A stretch of DNA of 64,000 bases from Octopus vulgaris. Taxonomy: Eukaryota. The stretch spans positions 144,150,001 to 144,214,000 of the forward strand of contig OX597814.1 of assembly GCA_951406725.2 (NCBI GenBank). The letters run 5' to 3'. A model generated the notes under the pieces. The model ran no database searches and was not told the origin of the DNA. It worked only from the letters and a program-made list of their open reading frames with translations. The translations under genes were made by a program, and so were the position numbers. Positions 26,810 through 40,967 of the stretch are shown here, one piece after another; position 1 is the first letter of the stretch, and each line of letters opens with the position of its first letter.

Positions 26810-27763
26810 AGGCGGTGAGCCGGCAGAATTGTTAAGGACGCCGAGCAAAATGCTTAGCAGCATTTTTCTTGTCCTTATGTTCCGAGTTCAAATTCTGCCG
26901 AGGTCGACTTTACCTTTTATCCTTTCGGGTCGATAAATTAAATACCAGTAAAGCACTGGGGTCGATTTAATCGACTGGTCCCTTCACACCAAATTTACGA
27001 AAAAGGATTATTGCTGACGTTCGATGTTGTAGAGCTAGCAGAATCATTAGCACGCCGGACAAAATAGTTAACATTATTTCATCTCCTCTTTGCGTTTTGA
27101 GTTCAAATTCTACCGAGGCCGATTTTTTACTGTAGGCAGCAGGCCTGAAATTTTACGGGAGAGGTCTAGTCGATCACATCGACCCTAGTATTTCCCCGAA
27201 AAAATGAAAGGCAATGTCGACCTCGGCGAAATTTGAACTCAGAACGCAAAGGCGGACGAAATACTGCTAAGCATTTTGACCAGAGTGCTAACAATTCCTC
27301 CAGATCGTCACCTTTACATAACATATATCATTTCCCCTATAGGCACAAGGCCTGAAATTTTGGAGAAAGTTGATTATATCGACCCCAGTACTCAACTGGT
27401 ACTTAATTTTTCGACCCCGAAAAGATGAAAGGTGCGTAGATGGTGCTTATCTAATCGACCCCGAAAGGATGAAAGGCAAAGTCGACCTCGGCGGAATTTG
27501 AACTCAGAACGTAACGGCAGACGAAATACCTATTTCCTTACTACCCACAAGGGACTAAACACAGAGGGGACAAACAAGGACAGACAAACGGATTAAGTCG
27601 ATTACATCGACCCCAGTGCATAACGGGTACTTAATTTATCGACCCAGAAAGGATGAAAGGCAAAGTCGACCTCGGCGGAATTTGAACTCAGAACGTAACG
27701 GCAGACGAAATACGGCTACGCATTTCCCCCCGCGTGCTAACGTTTCTGCCAGCTCGCCGCCTT
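26810..27763. mobile_element. cluster of family A SINE units (plus strand to about 27120, then a minus-strand tandem array)
   Basis: Repeated GAAAGGATGAAAGGCAAAGTCGACCTCGGCGGAATTTGAACTCAG blocks. Confidence 0.85.
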
Positions 27764-29070
27764 TACATAACATATCATATCAAAGCAGAATAACTTAATT
27801 TCAGCTTCTAGTTTGATGCAGCATTGTCCTTCTATAAGCATATACTATTAGTATAGTTGATGTAAGTTCACTTTTGTTTATTTAATTTTTCGCATTTCGA
27901 AGTCTACTTTTATTGTCGATGCCGTGTTTATTATAACTGTGACAAGCAGAAAGAACACATGAGATAAAGTAATCCTAGATAAACTTCCTGGATTTGAAAA
28001 ATTATGATGATCATGGCTGGATTGTCTTTGATCGTAGGTCTGCTCAATCAGCGTCACTCTTTACTGAAACAACATCAACAATATCTTATGTAATACATAA
28101 ATACGTCTGGAAATTAATTATTGTATATATAATCGATTGAATTGGCTCTGACGTTTGCACCATGCTGATTGGATGTTTTATTGGGTCTCAAGGGACGAAA
28201 AAAGAAAACGCGGATTTCGAACTCACACAGTAACAACAATAAATGCAACACAAAACTTTGCCTAATGCTTTAGTAACTCTTCCGCCTCACCGTCCTACCG
28301 AGAGCCACTTGCAATTTTTCAACATCGTTCAAGGTAGCCTAACAGCGTGTTTGTTATGTAAATACGAAGCTAAAATTAGAAACTGTTAACTCTTGGTTAT
28401 TTCCCAACCCTTCATTCTTTACGTGATCGTTTCTTGGCCTTTTATTTATTTATTTTATTTCTTTTCGTTTTATATTTCGTCTTTCATCTCCCTTTCCCTA
28501 GTTTACGATTCTTGTCACTGTTGTGTGGAAATTCACAGACAGATCTCGGTTTAATTACATTCGGTAACACAGACTTGTATAATAACAGTAAATAAATGTG
28601 CTGGAGCAGAGATTAAATGTACTTCACTGATATCTTAAACAATCTTTCATCTTTGTGAAAGCCACTGTCAAACACTACCAGAAACAGAATCTGCTTTACA
28701 AACTTTATCGTATTCATACAAACTGTCTTGTTAGGGTCCGCAGCAAATTTTAGACAGCAAGCCTTATTGTTTTCAAACAGCGCATACTAAAGAGAATTCT
28801 CTTGTAATTCTCTGTCAGCGAGCAAAAAACAAGTATTACTAAATAACGACATTAACGAGTTTAGCTTATATCGAAAGATCAAGTAACAGTTTAATGCAAT
28901 GGGAAACTCCCCTTCCCATGTTATTGTCTTTGCTGTTGCTGTTTAGCCCCAGGTTGGCAAGCAACCACGCAAGAAAATTCATATTTGGAGTTGGAGTGGT
29001 TCGTGTTTCTGCAAACGAAGCTTTTGCTTTGTCAGTCAACTTCGTAAACCAAACAGTAGTATATAACATA

Positions 29071-29293
29071 TACGAAGGGGTGTTGAAAAGTTTCTGGCGT
29101 TAATGGTGTCGCGAAAGGCTTGGTTTGGAGGCATAACCTTCCGAGTTCTTTTACGGGGCTTAGAAAAACTGAAGAACCGCTGTTATAAGTGTGTGAATTT
29201 GAGAGGGGAATATGTTGAATAAAATCATGATTAATCGATCTTCCTGTATTTTATTTTACCCAAAATCAGGAACTTTTCAGAACCCCGCTCATA
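29071..29293 (+). mobile_element. mariner-derived MITE
   Basis: TA-bounded TIRs TACGAAGGGGTGTTGAAAAGTT and AACTTTTCAGAACCCCGCTCATA; GLEKLKNRCYKCVNLRGEYVE* remnant. Confidence 0.8.
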
Positions 29294-29402
29294 GAATGTA
29301 TTGGTATAGGTAAGAACAACGCAGTTTTTGTGTCTTTATTAGTTACTGTTTCAGTCGAATTGAGATACTAATGAATGACAATTTTAATTGTTTACCTATA
29401 TA

Positions 29403-29997
29403 TTGGTTTCAAATTTTGGTACAACGCCAACAATTTCAGGGCAAGAGGTAATCGATTACATTGACCCCCAATGTTTAACTGGCATTTCTTTTATCGACCC
29501 CGGGAAGATGAAAGGCAAAGTCGACCTAGACGGAAATTGAACTCAGGAGTCCGCCAGCTCGTCGCCTTGTTTTACCGGTATACTGGTTTCAAATTTTGAC
29601 ACAAGACTATCAGTTTGGTGGTTGGGTTAAGTCGATTACCCCGATTCCAGTATTTAAGTGGTACTCATTTCATCGACCCCCGATGAAAGGATGAAAGGCA
29701 AAGTCGACTTTAGCGGAAATTGAACTCAGAACGTAAAGACGAATGAAATGCCACTAAGCATTTTGCCCAACTTATGATTCTTTTCTATTTTAGGCAGAAG
29801 GTCTGAAATTTGGTGGGAGGGGGCCGGACAGTCGATTAGATCGATCCTCGTACGCATCTGGTACTTAATTTATCGACTCCGAAAGGATGAAAAGCAAAGT
29901 CGACCTCGGCAGAATTTGAACTCAGAAAGTAAAGACAGACGAAATACCGCTAAGAATTTCGTTCGACGTGCTAACGTTTCTGCCAGATCACCACCTT
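29403..29997 (-). mobile_element. three tandem family A SINE units
   Basis: Three ATGAAA.GCAAAGTCGAC blocks, each with tail variant 2. Confidence 0.85.
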
Positions 29998-30087
29998 TCT
30001 TTACCAATACATTAATGAGAAAATATGCTTGCAGAAAATCAAACTACGTGGGAGTGAAATTACTCAAGACTATTTATATATACTATA

Positions 30088-30610
30088 CTAGTGAGACCCG
30101 TGACTATTTCACGGAATTAATAGTAAATTTATTGGGTTATTTCTGAAAACTTTATCCAAAAACCTAAGGGCGTAACCTGTGTTTCTGTATCAAATGATAG
30201 TCGTTCATCTGTTAATCATTGAAAAGTGAAGAAAACTGGAATATGATGATTACTTAATGCACTTTGTATATACACTGTATATACTTCATGCACAATTTTA
30301 TAGGTTTAATACACAGCACTCACCCTCTTTATTTCCCCTTCTTAGCCTTACCTTTATTTCTCTCCCTTTTTTTCTTTCGCTCTTCGCCTTTCCCTTCAAC
30401 TAATCACGTGAAAGCGTTACAGATGGGCTAAGTAACGGAGGAGAAAAACTAAATTACACATTTCACTCACCACCACCCCTCTCTTCCCTCCCCTATCTCC
30501 TTTACTCCCCCCCCATGTCTCACACACCCCTCCCCCTTTCAACTAATCACGTAGAAGCGTTATGGACGGGCTAAGTAATGGAGAAACAAGCAGAATTATT
30601 ATAAGATTGA
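30088..30610 (-). mobile_element. non-autonomous Helitron, second family
   Basis: Minus strand A|TCAATCTTATAATAA start; 3' hairpin CCGTGA-AATAG-TCACGG then CACTAG|T; internal ~50-bp duplication near 30395 and 30538. Confidence 0.75.
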
Positions 30611-30904
30611 TAGGCAGATCCATACATACACATATGCTTATAATTTTCTAACATACATACACTAACAGACACAAATATATAGATAGAAAGCATCCTACAC
30701 CATATACTGTTTATCTTTTATTTGTTTCTGTTATTGAACAACGACCATGCGCAGACACTGCCTTCAAATGTTCTGGTCGAACCAAATGACACAGTACTTA
30801 CTTTTTAAAGCCTCGTAGTTTTTTTACCGAAACGCAATGTTATGGGGACATGAACAAGCCAACACCGGTTATGAAGACAAGCATACGCACACACACACAC
30901 ACAC

Positions 30905-30953
<49 letters not shown>

Positions 30954-30971
30954 AAAGTATGTATATTCACG

Positions 30972-31238
30972 TTTGAACTCAGAACGTAACGACAGACGAA
31001 ATACCTATTTCTTTACTACCCACAAGGGGCTAAACACAGAGGGGACAAACAAGGACAGACAAACGGATTAAGTCGATTACATCGATCCCAGTGCGTAACA
31101 GGTACTTAATTTATCGACCCAGAAAGGATGAAAGGCAAAGTCGACCTCGGCGGAATTTGAACTCAGAACGTAACGGCAGACGAAATACAGCTACGCATTT
31201 CGCCTGGCGTGTTAATGTGTCTGTCAGCTCGCCGCCTT
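30972..31238 (-). mobile_element. family A SINE
   Basis: Full unit plus start of a second unit. Confidence 0.88.
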
Positions 31239-31774
31239 TCATCACTAAAATATACTAGATACAATAAGGGTATAGCGGGTATTCTACATATGTAATGATT
31301 TCAGTTTCCTCTAGCAGTAAGCATAAACCAAAAAAAAAAGGAAGAAAGAAAACAAAAACGTAGTTTAAAGGTCAAGTTCAAGCCATAACTGCTTGCAAGA
31401 CTAGATGGGACGTCGGTCTGTCACAGGATAACTCATTTTTGCAACCTAAGTGAACTAGAGCAGCCAGTAGCGAAGTTTAGGAATGGAAGTCGCAATCTTA
31501 CGATCACGTGTCTTGACGCAATAGGCAGACGCAAGAGTGGCTGTTTGATAAGAAGCTTGCTTCCTAAGCACATGGTTTCGGGTTCAGTCCCACTGCGTGG
31601 TACCTTGGGCAAGTGTCTTCTGAGCGGATTTGGTAGACGGAAACTGAACGAAGCCCGTCGTATATCTATCTATCTATATATATATATATATATTTGTGGG
31701 TGTCTGTTTGTCCTCCCACAATAACTTGACAACCGATGTGGGGGGGGGGGTTTAACATCCCCGTAACTTATCAG

Positions 31775-31833
<59 letters not shown>

Positions 31834-32696
31834 TGGTACCTTTGTACATCCCCGTAACTTAGCTGTTTGACAAAAGAGACCAATGCAATAAGTACCAGGC
31901 TTTCAAAATTGTACTTTGGAATATTGTTCTTAAAAAGAAGAGAAAAAAACATTATCAAATTCACCTAAGATCCATGAGATGCAATAACATAGCCGAACTG
32001 TTAACGCGTCAGACAAAATGATTAACGGTATTTTTTCCGGCTCTTTACGTTCTAAGTTCACATCCTGCCGAGATGAACTTTGCCTTCCATTCGATCTAAT
32101 AAAATACCAGTCAAGTACTGGATATCAATGTTATCGACTTGGTCCCGCCACATGCCCTTGAAAAATTCCTGGCCTTGAACACTGCAACGGACCTGCGTCA
32201 TATTGGGAGTTCAGTCACTTGTATGATATGGAAATCCGGTAACCAGTGTTATGAGTCCTAGGGCGCAATAAAAATTTAAATAAATGGTCGGGAAAACGGC
32301 AAAGTTGTTTGAGAGTCGAAAAGGAAATGATGTATTTGTTACCGGTTTTTTAACGTTCTGTGCTCAAATCCTACCAAGGTCAGCTATATATTTTATCCTT
32401 TCAGGGTCGATAAAATAAAATACCAGTCAAGAACTGAAGTCGATGCTATCGACAACCCTCTTTAACTTCAAAATTACTGGCTCTGTGCTTAAATGAATAA
32501 TATTTATTTTTAAGTACAAACGACAATAAAGGTACGAAGGTTGGCTTAATCTTTCATATGTCTACCAAGATACTCACTGGAAATGTAACCAAATGAGCTT
32601 TATTTTCATCATAGTCCCCCTTGATATTTCACTCACTTATGAACTAACGACGAACAAATATCAGAATCAAAGACGGTCTTCTAAATTAGCATGATG

Positions 32697-33023
32697 GGAA
32701 AAGACACCTTTATGTCATGAGTGACCAAGGGATTGCACCTAGAAAGTTCCCCTCGAGGCACAAGTCCAGGCTAGGCTGTTTATGGAAAACCAGTAGTCAC
32801 CCATGCATACCAGCCTCCTCTCTCCATGCCATTGAGGTTATCCGAGTGAAAGGCAAAGGCCGATACAGTGTTGGCACCGGTGACGTCGCAACTTATTCCC
32901 ATAGATAAATGAAATGGGGCAACGTGAAATAAAATGTCTTGCTCAAGAACACAACACAAAGCTCGGTCCGTGAATCGAACTCACTACCTAATGATTGTGA
33001 ACGTGACGCTCTAATTACTGAGT
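32697..33023 (-). mobile_element. tRNA-derived SINE, family D
   Basis: Homologous to 53356-53685 and 55411-55751. Confidence 0.85.
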
Positions 33024-33039
33024 CCACTCTATTACTAAC

Positions 33040-33236
33040 ATGATATACAAAGTCTTTTATCAGAGGGAAACAAAACTGACGAGCGTTCGAGGGGTATAAC
33101 TAAATCGAACTGGTTTGATAACCACAAAGAATGGACTAAACTATAACACGGTGAATGTGTAAGAATGGCAGAGAAAATACTCGAATGGCGCTCCTTGATA
33201 GTGAACCTTCTGAGAGCAGATGGCACCTAATGATGA
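33040..33236 (+). pseudogene. RTE-clade LINE 3' terminal ORF remnant
   Basis: Reads LLSEGNKTDERSRGITKSNWFDNHKEWTKL*HGECVRMAEKILEWRSLIVNLLRADGT*, resembling the RTE C-terminal GKRSRGR..W.DNIKEW..MA...EWRS pattern. Confidence 0.65.
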
Positions 33237-33534
33237 GATTGGTTAGCAACGGTGAAATTAAGAAATAAAATAATTCAAATCATTTGATCTAAAGTGATAC
33301 TCTTTTATTTGTTTCAGTCATTTCACGGCAGCCATGCTGGAGCACCGACTTTAGTTGAACAATCGACCCCAGAACTTATTCTTTGTAAGCCTAATAGTTA
33401 TTCTATCCGTTTCTTTTGCCGAACTTATTTCTTAAGCCTAGTACTAATTCTATCGGACTATTTTGACAAACCGCTAAGAAATGTGGACGTAAACATATTG
33501 ACACCGGTTGACAACTGGTGATAGGGGTACTGAG

Positions 33535-33638
33535 AAAGGATGAGAAAGGCGCGATCCAGAGAGGAGTGGACAGTGTACTGTGACCAACGGTGTCAAATGG
33601 ATGCCCGACGGACTGGTCGGTCAAGGTGATCAAGGTGA
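33535..33638 (+). mobile_element. possible RTE-type LINE 3' end
   Basis: Reads [17 protein letters not shown] and ends in a short tandem tail (TCAAGGTGA)2. Confidence 0.4.
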
Positions 33639-33662
33639 TATATATATGTATATATATGTATA

Positions 33663-33726
<64 letters not shown>

Positions 33727-34332
33727 CATACATACATACATACATACATACATACATACATACATACACCTAAGTGGGGGTAAGTTAATATAATCTAACA
33801 TACATGAGAGGATACACACACAAGGATTACGATTAAAATTATAATAGCTATAAATACCAAAGATCCATTTATACACACGCGACGAGCTGTTTCCATCTAC
33901 TAAATTTGTCTATGCTAGAAAGTACAGTGCAGGATGATCAAAATAAGAGCCATGAGGTTGTAAAGCAAAATTACTAATCACACAACCATGACTATTATTT
34001 GATTGATTTTTATTTTAGTAAAACGAAATAAATCACGTTCTCTTCTGTATATCTATGCGATTATGTTTAGAGAATGCGAATCAGCAGTTCTCCGTTTTCT
34101 TTTATTTATTAATACTTTTTGCATATATGCGTAGCTGTGTGGTAAGAAGTTTGATTCCAAACTGCGTGACACCTTGGTTAACTGTCTTCTGTATATCACC
34201 CATCATGTATGTATGTTTGTATGTATGTATGTATGTATGTATGTATGTATGTATGTATGTATGTATGTATGTATGTATGTATTTATGTATTTATGTATGT
34301 ATGCATATATACATACACACACACACACACAC

Positions 34333-34382
<50 letters not shown>

Positions 34383-34388
34383 GTATGT

Positions 34389-34445
<57 letters not shown>

Positions 34446-35985
34446 CAAGACAAGGTATAAATAATAATAATTACCTATTCATTTATTGTAGTAAATTTAC
34501 CACAATGAAAGAAAGTGATAACCATTATTTACATCTTATTTTGTATACCACACCACTCTGTGTAAAAAAAAAAGGAAGTCTAACTGGGAACACAACTATG
34601 CATTTATAATATAAAATGCTAATGGACTTATAACCTTGGACCCTGCTACAAGCATACGGGGAGTTCTTCACTAATCTAAAAAATGTTGTTTGTCTAGTGT
34701 ATTTGTGTTAATAGAAAGCTTATAAAGTATTTTGCCCGGAGTAATAATCCTCATTAATACCTCCATCTTTTGAAATATCTATCTATATATATATCCCCCA
34801 CCACCGCTTGACAACCGATGCTGTTATGTTTACGTCCTGTAGCCTAGTGGTCCGGTAAAAGATAAGTAGCAGACTTTAAAAAATAAGTATTGGGGTCGAT
34901 TTCTCCGACTAAAATTCTTCAAGGCAGTGCCCCAGCTTGGCGGCAGTCTTATGACTGAAGCATGTAAAAAGTAAAAGATAAAGGCTTGCTGTTACGACTG
35001 TGATAATAGATACAAATGAAACATATAGCCTGAATGTAAAAGCTGTAGGCTGTTCACTCGTTCTTCGTAGATGTTCGACCCAAAAGTTTGACGAGACATT
35101 GATATCAATCGGGTAGCTTAACTTCACAACGGTACCCTTTTCCAAAGTTTTAGTTTGGAAATCTCCCAGTGTTATTGGCAATACCTGATTTACAAGTCCA
35201 TGTTAATAATAATAAAAAACATCAGAAGTCTCATCTGATCATTTCTCTAAATTACATTGTAATTAAAACCTCCAGAATTATTAGTAATAGTATTTTCTGT
35301 TCCATAACTGTACCCATAATTAAAATTTTGATTTGTAAGTATTACTTGCAACTTTTGATCTAATAGTTTATGTTAATCAAAAACTTCAGAGATCTTGCCT
35401 GTTCAAATCTCTAAAATACATTATAATGAATAGTTTAAAAGATTATAAGAAAGAAACAGACCGAGCCAGGGTCACCAGGATGTCATAATCACACGTGAAA
35501 TACGGATCAGATTTTGATACCTCTTTTCTGTAAACTCGCGTTACACTCTGGTAAAACGTTGATACGTTTGAAATCCTATATCACGGACGTATTTTTTGTT
35601 TTTTTTATTGTTATTTTTTTAATATGGTTACAGATAATCCTTCGAGCTGATTTATATGTAAAGGTAATAAATACATTCAGGCATAACTGGTGTCGAGTTT
35701 CTTTTCTCGAAAACTGTCATGGCTGAGTTGTTTTCATCATCAACGTAAATGAATAGTAAATTTACGAACGGTTTTGTTATGGAAGAAAGAAGAGACACGA
35801 ATGTGTTTCAGTAACGTGGCATCAGAAGATATGTCATGAATTTCTTTTTATAATCATATATCAGATGGAGAGCAGAAGTTGGCAGAATTTTTTTCATCTC
35901 TTATCATCAAAACCGGAAAACATTAAAATTTATTCTCTCTGTTTGTCAGTCAGCCTCTCTCTCCCTCTCTCCTTGCGTGTACGTT

Positions 35986-36033
<48 letters not shown>

Positions 36034-36145
36034 AGGCAGAGAGAGAGACAGACAGACAGACGGTATTCTTATATTTTGTGCAATTCGCTGAAAGACATTC
36101 AAACTAGAAATAGTAAGAGTTGTAGTACTAGTGCAGCCTATCGCA

Positions 36146-36217
<72 letters not shown>

Positions 36218-36961
36218 CTTTCTCTTTCTCTCTCTTACTCATCTTTCCCTGTCTCCTCTCGCTCGCTCGTTTTGTCTACATTATCCACACACACATGCAC
36301 GCACATGCACTGATACATAATCATATATATATATAAATAATATGGCGTCGAAGTCAGTCAGTCACGTACGGAAAGAACAAGGGCTGTTAATTTTCTGTGT
36401 AGTGAGTGCTATCCCTAGAAATTTTGCAATTGATAAAAGCCTAGTAAAAATTGGTCTTCTTCGAGTAAATCTCTGTATGAAAGCTATGGAACGGTGAACA
36501 TCAACTGAAAGTCAGCATGTGAAATCTCTACTGCTTTAACCATTCACAGATCACAGAACTATCGAGAGAAAATTTAGTGACTTTTGAACTGCAACAATAC
36601 CTCGATAAATCATATAGAAAAGTCTTGGAAAATCCTTCGATTAGCTGTATGAAAAGAAGGAAAAACGTCTAGGATCTGAGATACCCACGGACTATTTGCG
36701 ATTCAACACAGCTGTATCAAGAAATAAAGTTCGTAGAAAGAAAATTGGCTGCTATCACTACAGACCATCAAAACCACACAGTAAATTGAAATCAGACAAA
36801 AAGAGTAACACCTTCTCCATGGAGGACCATAAACAAGTTTAGAAAAGTTTTAAATAAAAAAAATTTTTTTTAAGAATATTTGCATAGTGTTCAAATACAA
36901 GTGGCATTTTCTTTGTTTCTGCCTGTCTCTGTCTCTCTTGTTTACTCTTGTGGGTTCGCGG

Positions 36962-36999
<38 letters not shown>

Positions 37000-37023
37000 G
37001 TATGTACACATAGATAGATAGAT

Positions 37024-37097
<74 letters not shown>

Positions 37098-37378
37098 GAT
37101 AGATAGACAGATAGACAGACAGACAGACAGACAGAAATATATACATATAAACATACACACAGACTGTATGTATGCATGTATGTGTTTCAGGACATAAAGG
37201 ATGACGATACATATATATATATGTATGTGTATGTATATATATGTATGCATATATACATGTATGCATATATATATATATATGTATGTATATATATGTATAC
37301 ATATATATATATTTATATATATATATATATGTATATATATGTATACATATATATATATTAATATATATATATATATAT

Positions 37379-37644
37379 ATAGTGTACATTGAAACACAAA
37401 GAGAAATTACCTATAACAGGCAATTTCTACACGCTAGAAGTCAAAACGACCGAAAAACCACAAAATTTAAGCAATTTCAAAGGGACTGAAAAAATAAAAA
37501 CTTCTACCTTGTTTTTACTTTTACTTTTATTTTTTATTCCCTTTGAAATTGCTTAAATTTTGTGGTTTTTCGGTCGTTTTGACTTCTAGCGTGTAGAAAT
37601 TGCCTGTTATAGGTAATTTCTCTTTGTGTTTCAATGTACACTAT
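37379..37644. repeat. perfect 107-bp inverted repeat with 52-bp spacer
   Basis: 37379-37485 is the exact reverse complement of 37538-37644 when compared by eye. Confidence 0.92.
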
Positions 37645-37724
37645 TTTATATTGAATAATATGTCGTCTACTGACTTTTTATACATGCTAGGCCACTGGTA
37701 GAGAAATTTGTAAAAGTTTACTCC

Positions 37725-37774
<50 letters not shown>

Positions 37775-37801
37775 GATTCAAGTGAATAAGTTACTTAAGT
37801 T

Positions 37802-37888
<87 letters not shown>

Positions 37889-37930
37889 CAAAACAGTTTG
37901 ATTCAAACTCCTTCGTACTCCGAGTATATG

Positions 37931-38821
37931 TACTAGGTGCGGTGAATAAATTGTCGTCTTAATGTCTAAATTACGCAAAAATGAAAATAACACTGACATC
38001 TCATTTTAACAGATATATTTACCAAAATTACATGAAAATATCTTGAAATACTAAAGAGTAAATTTATTCAATAAAATTGCCATTCACTTCAACTACAGCC
38101 TCCAGACGACTTCAGAATCTTCTGCAACTTTTCTGGACGATCTCCTTGTTTAAGTTGGTCAATGATGCCATAATTCCTGCCTTCAGTTCATCTTTGGTGT
38201 TACAAGGAGTTTTGTTGGTCTCTCTCTCTCACCTGCGCCCCACACATAATAACCAAGGAAGTTGCAGTCTGGAGAGTTAGGTGGCCAGATATTAGGGGTG
38301 ATGTGGTTGCAGAAATTGTCTGACAGCCATGACTGGGTTCTCCTGCTTGTGTGGCATGGTGCAGAGTTCTGTTGTTAGATATAGGTTCTTCCAGCAGCCA
38401 CACTCTTGACTCACGGTAGTACTACCTCCTCCAGGCACTTGATGTAGGCCTCCGTGTTGAGTCCGAGGCCGTGTGGGAAGATAAATGGGGGCATAACGTC
38501 ACTATCACTAGTGATAACTCCAAACATCATGATGCTGACTGGATGTTTGATTTTTATCACTCTCGGTACATGTTTTGGGGACACGGTTAAGTCCCCAGAT
38601 TGACACCCAAACACTCTGAAATGTTTGTACTGGAGCTTCTGGCGCGAATGCCAAGCGGTACAACATGTCATTTCCAAATTTCTGGCAGGGTGAATTGCGA
38701 CATGGTATTGTTTTTCTCACAGACCGTGTCCATCTGACCCTTCTATACTGTGTAGTAAACAACATCAACAGCAAACAATGCGCATGCGCAAAATTTAAAA
38801 TATAAAATGGCATCAATTGTC

Positions 38822-38826
<5 letters not shown>
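37931..38826 (-). pseudogene. Tc1/mariner-superfamily (maT, DD37D-type) transposon remnant
   Basis: Minus strand KHPVSIMMFGVITSDSDVMPPFIF..YIKCLEEVVLP*..QQNSAPCHTSRRTQSWL..WPPNSPDCNFLGYYVW..RLEAVVEVNGNFIE*; 37 residues between the mutated second and third acidic positions; stops and a frameshift. Confidence 0.85.
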
Positions 38827-38892
<66 letters not shown>

Positions 38893-38945
38893 ACGTATAT
38901 ATTTATACAGAGGGAGATTCACCGTAACACAGTGTGAGAAAGCTG

Positions 38946-38984
<39 letters not shown>

Positions 38985-39387
38985 ACGTATATATTTATAC
39001 AGAGGGATATTCAGCATAACACAGTGTGAGAAAGCTGTATATGTGTGTGTGTGTGTGTATGTATTTATTTATACAAGCTGAGAGAGATACATATATACAT
39101 GCGTATGAATATACATTAAAGAGAGTGAGAGGGAGAGGGAGAGAGAGATGTATACATATAAGCACACACATAAAATATGTAAAGAGCAACCTAGATAATG
39201 TTATCCCTGCACAATACTAGCAAGAATAGGTGCTCAAAATTAGAATGGCTTTGAACAAGGTTGAGTGGACGTGAACATCAAGAACAACAGCAACAACCTA
39301 TCTCTTACAACAAGCCTCAGTCAAAAGTAATGTTTTAATAAATTTTACTTAGTCATTTGTTTTATTCATATATACATACAAACATAT

Positions 39388-39545
39388 CAGGAGCGGACCC
39401 AAGGATGGTGGGGCCTGAGGGGAACGTGTCTCCCTCTTCAAGAAAAGAAGTTCGCCCTACTGAATTGCGTCCTTTTCTCCTGAAATTGCATTCCCTTCTT
39501 ACATTGTTCCCCCACCCGTTCGAAAAATTCCTGGGACCGCTCCAG
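39388..39545. mobile_element. probable hAT-like MITE
   Basis: Imperfect TIRs CAGGAGCGGACCCAAGG and TTCCTGGGACCGCTCCAG; no convincing TSD. Confidence 0.5.
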
Positions 39546-39616
39546 CACGTACACATATATACAGACACGCACGCACACAAACACTAATTTTTCCCTGTAA
39601 GTTTGGATTTACTCCC

Positions 39617-39676
<60 letters not shown>

Positions 39677-39686
39677 CATTATTATT

Positions 39687-39740
<54 letters not shown>

Positions 39741-40865
39741 TTATATATTTATATATTCATTATACATGATATTTATAATCGGGGGCAGAAGCTATGATGG
39801 ATTTTATTCTGTTTTATCTTTTATACGATTAATTTCGTGTATTTTTATTTCAGTTAACTTGTCTGCATATGTCGTAATACAGTATTACGCAATTATTTGA
39901 TTCTCTTCCTTATAATGCTGTGCCAGTCAAGTGCAATTAATAGAATCCAGTGTCTTGAAATAGGAGAATTTCTATGCCGCACTTAAAGGTAACACCTGTA
40001 TCATGACCTTTTAACTGCTATTGGATTTTGATATTGATATTTGATATAAATATCACTTCGATACGCAGGAACGGCTTTGTGTGACTGAGAAGATTAAAAC
40101 ATTAGCAGTAATGTCTTTCCCGGTTTAACCCCCATCTCTCGCTTACCTCGAGGAAATGTGCTTTGCCTTTGGCTCAGGGCGACCAATATCTTGTCAATGA
40201 CAGGGTCCAAAAGACAACTATGCATATATTCTTTTTTCGTTTTTAGTCATTGAATTTCGCGACAATATTGGGGAACCGCCTTGAAGTGTTTTGGCGAACA
40301 AATTGACTCCAGCATTTATTTCTTTATTGCCTACAGGAGGCTAAACATAGAGGGGACAAACAAGGATAGACAAAGGGATTAAGTCGATTACATCGACCCT
40401 CGTGCATAACTGATACTTCTTTAATCAACACTGAAAGGATGAAAAGCAAAGTCGACCTCGGTGGAATTTGAACTCCAGCACTTATTATTTTAAGTTTTAC
40501 AGCCTCACTGAATTGATAAAATGATTAACTTAAGTAAATGTCAAGGAATGATGACAGAAGACTTAATAGCTCGACTCCCAGAGAGTCTGTCTCTTGTTGG
40601 TTAAATGCAAACTAACAGATTTTTAACCAGATGTAATTTTGTTTGTTTATCTTTTACTTGTCCTAGACATTGGCCTGCGGCCATGCTTGGCGCGACACTT
40701 TCAAGTGTTGAGTCGAATAAATCGCTCCCAGTACATACTTTTTAAAATCTGGTACTTGTTCTATTGGCCTCATTTGCCAAAGTTCCTAGTTATGGGGACG
40801 TAAACGAATCAGCGTCGGTTGTTAAGCGATGGTGAGAGACACAAACTCATAACAAGCAAATATAC

Positions 40866-40926
<61 letters not shown>

Positions 40927-40967
40927 CATCCATCCATCCATCCATCCATCCATCCGTGTGTGTATTC

